Positions 57,643 through 64,000 of a stretch of 64,000 nt of DNA are shown here, piece after piece. The position numbers were made by a program, and so were the translations under genes. The notes beneath the pieces are model-generated. The model saw nothing but the letters and a program-made list of their open reading frames with translations. It did not search any database and was not told the origin of the DNA. How positions within the stretch are numbered: the first letter of the stretch is position 1; each line of letters starts with the position of its first letter. Source of the DNA: Prevotella sp. (lineage in GTDB: Bacteria; Bacteroidota; Bacteroidia; Bacteroidales; Bacteroidaceae). The stretch covers positions 264,320-328,319 of the forward strand of contig JAFZAH010000040.1 in the NCBI GenBank assembly GCA_017548275.1, given 5' to 3'.

Positions 57643-58295
57643 CTTCCGTTCACTATATCTATGAGTTCCTCTATTTCATTTATGACATAGTCTGCACCAG
57701 CCTGCACCAATTCTTCTCTGCTACCATTACCCCAAGTCACGCCACATGTTTTTGCGCCGGCATTCGCTCCCATCAGAATATCAACCGCCATATCGCCAAC
57801 TACGAGCGCTTCATCCGGTGTGAAATTCATGGCGGCAAGTGTATTCAGGACCGGTTCGGGATTGGGTTTCGCTTTTTCCACGTCATCAGCTCCTATCACA
57901 TATGTTACAGCATCGGCTATACCTAAATCTGTGGTGAGTTCTGCCAATGACGCATGAGAACGAGATGACGCTATCGTCAGTGTTAATCCTTGACTTTTCA
58001 GCGAATGAAGTGTTTCTATGACATGAGGAAACGCTTGCGGATGAATTGTCTGAAGGTTCTCATTGAATATCCTCCGGTAAGTATCAGCACAACGATTAAG
58101 AAGTTCAGCCTGCAATTGCGGGAATAAGGCCTCGAAACATCCAACAAGAGGCAACCCGATGGTTGAGGCACATTCATCGTCACTTCGTTCAGGCAATTGC
58201 AATTCAGCAATGGTCATCTGCATTGTCGTGACAATATTCCGCCTGGTATCACCCAACGTTCCGTCAAAGTCGAAAATTATCAGTTTTATGTTCAT
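57639..58295 (-). CDS. HAD-superfamily phosphatase
   Basis: FDFDGTL, KPNPE, VGD...DI. Confidence 0.92.
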   Translation of the reverse strand: MNIKLIIFDFDGTLGDTRRNIVTTMQMTIAELQLPERSDDECASTIGLPLVGCFEALFPQLQAELLNRCADTYRRIFNENLQTIHPQAFPHVIETLHSLKSQGLTLTIASSRSHASLAELTTDLGIADAVTYVIGADDVEKAKPNPEPVLNTLAAMNFTPDEALVVGDMAVDILMGANAGAKTCGVTWGNGSREELVQAGADYVINEIEELIDIVNGR

Positions 58296-58834
58296 TCTAT
58301 TTCTTCCAGTTCACCTGTTTGTGAATCAATGATGAAACCTCTTACCACTATGTCTTTTGGAACAAGAGGATGTGTTTTGATGGTCTCGACAGTTTTGCGT
58401 ACAGAGGTCGGTGTGTCTTTGAAGCCTTCCAACCATTGATGCAGGTTGATTCCACATTTCTGAATAGTGTCAAGCGTCTCGTCAGTCACCCCCCGGGCAA
58501 TCATCTCTTTATGAAAATGGCCGTAACTCATGTGGCACGCCCCGCAATTGGAGTGAGCAACCACCATAATCTCCTCAACCCCCAACTCATAGATTGCCAC
58601 AATGAGGCTACGCATGGCTGAATCGAAGGCAGAGATGACTAAACCGCCAGCATTTTTGATGACTTTGGCATCACCGTTCTTCAATCCCAATGCAGCAGGG
58701 AGGAGTTCTGTCAACCTGGTGTCCATACACGAGAGCACCGCCAGTTTCTTGTTAGGATACTTGTCGGTCAGATACTTCTCGTAGCCTTTCTGAGCCACGA
58801 ACGTCTTGTTATAGGCAATAATCTGGTCTATCAT
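58292..58834 (-). CDS. Beta-class carbonic anhydrase
   Basis: SCMDTR, KNAGG, HSNCG. Confidence 0.92.
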   Translation of the reverse strand: MIDQIIAYNKTFVAQKGYEKYLTDKYPNKKLAVLSCMDTRLTELLPAALGLKNGDAKVIKNAGGLVISAFDSAMRSLIVAIYELGVEEIMVVAHSNCGACHMSYGHFHKEMIARGVTDETLDTIQKCGINLHQWLEGFKDTPTSVRKTVETIKTHPLVPKDIVVRGFIIDSQTGELEEIE

Positions 58835-58845
58835 ATTCTATATAA

Positions 58846-61398
58846 TTATTTATTTGTAGTGATATCCTCCCACGGAAAACCTGCGCCGAAATAACTGTAG
58901 CGGTTGTTGTCGGGATTAACGACAATTTGCTCAACCACGATTTCCGGATCAATCATGATGATTTTGAGCGTATGTTTTCCCGGAGCGGCATCACAATTGA
59001 CTTCAAGCCAGCGAATGTTATCAAACACTTCATCACGCCGCAAGGACTGACGGCCATTGACAAATCCGCTCAACGAGAGTTGATTGCGGTGAGGCAATGC
59101 GTGCAGAACTTTTGACTGTTGCAGGTTCTTCTGCGTGTATTCCTGAAACTCATCGTGAAGTCCCTGTCGGGCGTCAACGATTTGCATAGGTTTATTGTCA
59201 ACCTGCACACCGATACGAAGACCACGTGCGGGGAAGATGTCCTGAGTAGGCAGAATGCCTATGGCCACAACACCTTTATCGGCCAATTCTATCTCATATT
59301 CAAGCACAGGACCAGCGCCACTGTCATCCGACGGACTCATCACATTCTTCGCCCCCATACACCCTTTGCCACGTCCTAAACCAGGCAGGAATATCCAACC
59401 ATCATCCTTACGGGCATAACGGTATGAGGGGATAGAATATTCCTTCGTCTCATTCGACGGGCTGAGGTTGTGTGTGACCTTGTAACCCAATATCATGGGG
59501 TGGTAATTACTGTCGGGAATCGACCATTTGGTGTAACCGATATGATTGTCGAGCATCATGCCGTCCCATTTTCCGTCAGCCACACCCTTATTGTAATATT
59601 CGGTAAGACGACGGTCTTTTTCCATCAAGTCATTCACCGTCAAACTGTCGCCTAAGGTGGCAGCATTATATATCTGTGCCACACCAGCACTTGCGACTGC
59701 CGGATAATAGACCAATTGATAGAAAGCATCCTGAGCCGAGGCGGGTATCTTTCCCTTAAGCGCCTCACAACGTACGACAAGAGACTGCCAAAGGTTGTTC
59801 AGCCGTAGCATTTCCTCATAGTTGAAGAGCCCCGGCACTTGCACCTCGGCTTTGCGCCATAGATTGTACTTCGAGTATTTGGCGATGATGTCAGCACACT
59901 CTTTCGCGTCAGCTTCATCTATACTGGCAAGCACGGTTTGTGTGAATCTTTCGAGCCACTTTTGTTCATCACCCGGTTGGATGGCATCGGGGTTCCATGC
60001 GTAGTGCATGATAAAATCAATGGGCATTTCTTTCGGTTTCAAATCACCCACATTGATAATCCAAATACGGTCGATGCCGCTGGCGTATGCCAGATGCAAC
60101 TGCTCGCGCAGTTTCGGCACAGTGGTGGTATTCACCCAACGGTCATTCCATGGTCCTCCATTCATGTCGATATGATAGTATAGACCGAGCCCGCCTTTCC
60201 GTTTACGCTCAAAGTCGCGCCCTATGCGACGGATATATCCCCAATTGTTGTCGCACAACAGCAATGTCACATCATCAGGGACGGTAAAGCCGGCATCGTA
60301 ATAGCGTTGCACCTCGGTAAAGATAGCCCATAACTGCGGTACAGCATCCGGACTGCCGTAAATATCCTTGATAATATTCCGCTGCCCCTCGATGACACGT
60401 CCAAGCGTACGTATGTTCTCCGCATCGTCGCCCTTTCCCATCGCCACATCGCCGTCGCCCCGCATGCCGATAGTCACCAAGTTGTCATAATCCTTATTTC
60501 GCTTCATACCTTCACGGAAGAAGCGGTCGATGCGGTCTTTGTTCGAGGAATAATCCCATGGTCCGACAGTCTCTTTCCTATGCAAATACTCCTGATGCGA
60601 CCGCATCATCGGTTCATGGTGTGAAGTGCCCATCACAATGCCGTATTCGTCTGCCAGGCGCGGGCATTCCGGATCATCCTCGTTGAACGCTGTCGCCCAC
60701 ATCGCCGGCCAAAAATAGTTAGCCTTCAATCTGAGCAACAGTTCAAAGATATGCGCATACGCCAGCGCATTGACACCCCCGAAATGATTTGTGCACCATG
60801 TTCCGAACGACGGCCATTCGTCATTGATAAAAATACCGCGGTACTTCACTTTGGGTGATGGTTGAACAATGCGACCGGCATCATACCACACCTCATCTTT
60901 GTGAACCACGGGGGCATCGGCCATCCAATACCACGGTGACACACCTATACGCTCAGAAATCTCATAAATGCCATAGATAGTACCTCGTTTGTCACTTCCT
61001 GCGATGACAAGATTACCGTCCACCACATCAATCAGATAAGATTCCCATTGACCTTTCACCTGCCGTACATCAATCTTTTTTTGTTTTATCAACGCGTCAA
61101 TGATACGGCTTTTGCCAATGGTTCCTATAAGAATAGAGGAAGGTAGGTTAGCGCGTTCGTGCGGCAACATATGTTCATCGCTCGATGACTGAAGGTTTAC
61201 CTGCGACGCAGTTCCCGTCACCTTGCGCACGTCATCGCCCAAATCACGTGCCGCTCTGATGACACCTTTCCAGTCATTCACATCGACGACGATGGTAGCC
61301 GTCTTTCCGTTGTCAGCAATGCAAAACTGCCCATTTTGAGCCTGAATGACAATAGATACAAATATCACAAGAACTAATGATATACTTTTTTTCATCAT
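58846..61398 (-). CDS. GH115 alpha-glucuronidase
   Basis: GSDKRG.IYG, KYRGIFINDE, WPAMW, GTSHHEPM, GMRGDGD, NVGDLKP. Confidence 0.93.
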   Translation of the reverse strand: MMKKSISLVLVIFVSIVIQAQNGQFCIADNGKTATIVVDVNDWKGVIRAARDLGDDVRKVTGTASQVNLQSSSDEHMLPHERANLPSSILIGTIGKSRIIDALIKQKKIDVRQVKGQWESYLIDVVDGNLVIAGSDKRGTIYGIYEISERIGVSPWYWMADAPVVHKDEVWYDAGRIVQPSPKVKYRGIFINDEWPSFGTWCTNHFGGVNALAYAHIFELLLRLKANYFWPAMWATAFNEDDPECPRLADEYGIVMGTSHHEPMMRSHQEYLHRKETVGPWDYSSNKDRIDRFFREGMKRNKDYDNLVTIGMRGDGDVAMGKGDDAENIRTLGRVIEGQRNIIKDIYGSPDAVPQLWAIFTEVQRYYDAGFTVPDDVTLLLCDNNWGYIRRIGRDFERKRKGGLGLYYHIDMNGGPWNDRWVNTTTVPKLREQLHLAYASGIDRIWIINVGDLKPKEMPIDFIMHYAWNPDAIQPGDEQKWLERFTQTVLASIDEADAKECADIIAKYSKYNLWRKAEVQVPGLFNYEEMLRLNNLWQSLVVRCEALKGKIPASAQDAFYQLVYYPAVASAGVAQIYNAATLGDSLTVNDLMEKDRRLTEYYNKGVADGKWDGMMLDNHIGYTKWSIPDSNYHPMILGYKVTHNLSPSNETKEYSIPSYRYARKDDGWIFLPGLGRGKGCMGAKNVMSPSDDSGAGPVLEYEIELADKGVVAIGILPTQDIFPARGLRIGVQVDNKPMQIVDARQGLHDEFQEYTQKNLQQSKVLHALPHRNQLSLSGFVNGRQSLRRDEVFDNIRWLEVNCDAAPGKHTLKIIMIDPEIVVEQIVVNPDNNRYSYFGAGFPWEDITTNK

Positions 61399-61441
61399 AT
61401 GCTAATCAAACGTTATAGTAACACAAAAATAACAGAAAGAA

Positions 61442-62074
61442 TTAACGTTCGATACCGCCCAGTTGTTCATCTAATATCTTAAGCCCTTTCTCCGTACACA
61501 TACCTCTTACAAGAAGCAACTGCGCATTCCAAAAAATCACATACAGAGGATACAGATTGTATAACTTGCTGCGCATAACATATTCCGTATTGGCATTGGC
61601 GATTCGATTGACGATGTCGAAATTGATATCAGGACGGAAAATCCCCTCTTTAACCCCTTTTCTCAGGAAATCGACCGATTTTAATTTCCGCTCCTCGTAA
61701 TTCTTCTTCAAATATGCATCTACTTGCGGGTATTTGCTCAGTTCCTCATAAAAAACGGGTGAACTCAGGCTCGACTCTTTCATTTGAAACTTGTAGATTT
61801 CCGCAATGATTTCAATCACGTTTTTCCCGTTATCTATAGCCTCCCTAAGCCTTTTCATGAAACTCTCATGATAGACTTTTACACATTCATACAACAAATC
61901 TTCTTTCTTATGGAAAATCTCATACAATGTGCGTTTTGAGATGGACAAACTATTAGCGATATCATCCATCTTCACAGCCTTGATACCACGTTGGCGGAAA
62001 CTTGAAACAGCGGTGTTCAGAATACGCGCTCTTAATCGCAGGCGATAATCAGCAGAATAGTTTATCTTAGGCAT
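61442..62074 (-). CDS. TetR/AcrR family regulator
   Basis: GIKAVKMDDIA..LSISKRTLYE.F..KEDL. Confidence 0.92.
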   Translation of the reverse strand: MPKINYSADYRLRLRARILNTAVSSFRQRGIKAVKMDDIANSLSISKRTLYEIFHKKEDLLYECVKVYHESFMKRLREAIDNGKNVIEIIAEIYKFQMKESSLSSPVFYEELSKYPQVDAYLKKNYEERKLKSVDFLRKGVKEGIFRPDINFDIVNRIANANTEYVMRSKLYNLYPLYVIFWNAQLLLVRGMCTEKGLKILDEQLGGIER

Positions 62075-62187
62075 GATAAATACATTTTTATGCAAAGATA
62101 GCATTTTTTCCCAAATATCATTTATTTTATCAGAGAATTTCGTAATTTTGCACCGATTTTGAATACTACACTTAATTGAATACACTT

Positions 62188-64000
62188 ATGGTTAAAATTT
62201 CCAAGGAATCAGCGCTTCTCTATCACAAGCAGGGAAGACCTGGAAAAATTGAGGTAAAACCCACCAAACCCTATCGTACACAAACAGATTTGTCGTTGGC
62301 TTATTCTCCCGGCGTGGCATTTCCCTGTCTGGAAATACAAGAAAATCCCGACGATGTGTATAAATATACAGACAAAGGCAACCTTGTAGCCGTCATTTCC
62401 AATGGCACTGCCGTTTTGGGACTCGGCGATATCGGTGCCATGAGCGGCAAACCCGTGATGGAAGGTAAAGGGCTGCTTTTCAAAATCTATGGCGGCATCG
62501 ACGTGTTTGACATCGAAGTGGACGAGAAAGACCCCGAGAAATTTTGCGAGGCAGTGGAGAGAATCGCTCCTACGTTTGGCGGCATCAACTTGGAAGACAT
62601 CAAGGCCCCGGAGTGTTTTTATATCGAGGACCGTCTAAAGAAGACTCTCGACATCCCTGTGATGCATGACGATCAGCATGGCACCGCCATCATCTCGGCA
62701 GCCGGACTGAAAAATGCGCTTGAAGTGGCCGGTAAGGACATCGCCAAAGTGCGCATCGTGGTCAATGGCGCCGGTGCTGCAGCCATCTCCTGCACGAAAA
62801 TGTACATGGCTCTGGGAGCGAAGAAAAAAAATATCGTGATGCTCGACTCGAAAGGGGTTATTTCCGTTGAACGCGACAATCTTAACGAGCAGAAGAAATT
62901 TTTCGCCACCGACCGCACCGACATCCATACCTTGGAAGAAGCCGTGAAAGACGCCGATGTGTTTGTCGGTCTGTCGAAAGGCAATGTGCTGACCAAGGAC
63001 ATGGTCCGCTCAATGGCCGTCAACCCCATCGTCTTTGCGTTGGCCAACCCCGTGCCAGAGATTTCCTACGAGGATGCCATGGATTCACGTCCCGATGTGC
63101 TGATGGCTACAGGCCGTTCAGACTATCCCAACCAGATTAATAACGTGATAGGTTTCCCCTATATCTTCCGTGGCGCATTGGATGTTCATGCCCGCGCTAT
63201 CAATGAAGAGATGAAGATGGCTGCAGTGTTGGCAATAGCCGATCTGGCAAAACAGACTGTTCCCGACGTGGTGAACGACATCTATCATGTCAACAACCTG
63301 ACTTTCGGTCCCTCTTACTTTATCCCGAAACCCGTTGACCCGCGATTGATAACAGAGGTGTCTGCGGCTGTGGCAAAGGCTGCCATTGACAGTGGCGTGG
63401 CACGCACCCCCATCAATAATTGGGAAGAGTACAAGAACCGTCTGCGCGAGATGTTGGGCCAGGAGACCAAACTGACGCAGAAACTTTATGACACCGCCCG
63501 ACATCACCCGCAGCGCGTGGTCTTTGCCGAAGGTATTCATCCCACGATGTTGAAAGCCGCTGTTCAGGCGAAAGCCGAGGGCATCTGCTACCCTATCCTC
63601 TTAGGCAATGATGAGCGTATCGAGAAACTGGCACACGAGTTGGACCTGAGTCTAGACGGCATCGAGATAGTTAACCTTCGCCATGACCGCGAAGCAGAAC
63701 GCCGCGAACGCTACGCCAAGATTCTCACAGAGAAGCGCAAACGCGACGGTTATACCTTTGAGGAAGCCAATGATAAGATGTTCGAGCGTAACTATTTCGG
63801 TATGATGATGGTGGAGACGGGCGAGGCCGATGCGTTTATCACGGGACTCTACACCAAATATTCCAACACCATCAAGGTAGCACACGAGGTGATTGGCGTG
63901 CAGCCTGAATACAAGAATTTCGGCACCATGCACATCATCAACTCTCCCCGCGGTCCGCTCTATATTGCCGACACACTCATCAACAACAGCCCCGATACGG
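62188..64000 (+). CDS. maeB: NADP-dependent malic enzyme with PTA-like domain (partial, runs off the window; absent from the ORF track)
   Basis: [66 protein letters not shown]. Confidence 0.95.
   Translation, partial: MVKISKESALLYHKQGRPGKIEVKPTKPYRTQTDLSLAYSPGVAFPCLEIQENPDDVYKYTDKGNLVAVISNGTAVLGLGDIGAMSGKPVMEGKGLLFKIYGGIDVFDIEVDEKDPEKFCEAVERIAPTFGGINLEDIKAPECFYIEDRLKKTLDIPVMHDDQHGTAIISAAGLKNALEVAGKDIAKVRIVVNGAGAAAISCTKMYMALGAKKKNIVMLDSKGVISVERDNLNEQKKFFATDRTDIHTLEEAVKDADVFVGLSKGNVLTKDMVRSMAVNPIVFALANPVPEISYEDAMDSRPDVLMATGRSDYPNQINNVIGFPYIFRGALDVHARAINEEMKMAAVLAIADLAKQTVPDVVNDIYHVNNLTFGPSYFIPKPVDPRLITEVSAAVAKAAIDSGVARTPINNWEEYKNRLREMLGQETKLTQKLYDTARHHPQRVVFAEGIHPTMLKAAVQAKAEGICYPILLGNDERIEKLAHELDLSLDGIEIVNLRHDREAERRERYAKILTEKRKRDGYTFEEANDKMFERNYFGMMMVETGEADAFITGLYTKYSNTIKVAHEVIGVQPEYKNFGTMHIINSPRGPLYIADTLINNSPDT

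Noticed and set aside
61130-61200. Short in-frame insertions in GH115 and in the epimerase as inserted elements
   Set aside because: No terminal repeats or second copies are visible; they cannot be told apart from ordinary loop variation without an alignment.
62301-63933. Minus-strand ORFs at the right end, and similar antisense ORFs throughout the window
   Set aside because: They are shadows of maeB and other well-supported genes on the opposite strand.

Overview
Bacteroidota chromosome segment, most likely Prevotellaceae (inferred from SusC/SusD, T9SS C-terminal domains and TAnnTTTG -7 promoter boxes). From left to right: (1) the right end of a small integrated element (xis-like HTH, rolling-circle-type Rep, terS-like gene) abutting tRNA-Glu, followed by tRNA-Ser; (2) a complete beta-mannan utilisation locus (GH5, 3x GH26, CE7, SGBP, SusCD, GH130, symporter, epimerase); (3) housekeeping genes (recN, nadE, ettA, a TolC/HlyD/ABC exporter, a MetY-type sulfhydrylase, rlmN-pdxA-lptE-secG, tRNA-His); (4) an RNA-repair locus of a WYL regulator divergent from rtcB, followed by a Ro60/TROVE gene; (5) accessory enzymes, GH115, TetR and a partial maeB. 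The main find is a set of five copies of an unannotated structured RNA motif around the Ro60 gene: T-GCCRTWG-N8-TWYTTYG with exact spacing in all five, compensatory stems, and a variable 4-113 nt insert. These are probably an undescribed family of modular Y-like RNAs. Two palindromic candidate WYL operators lie between WYL and rtcB. All calls come from reading the sequence; no searches or folding programs were run.
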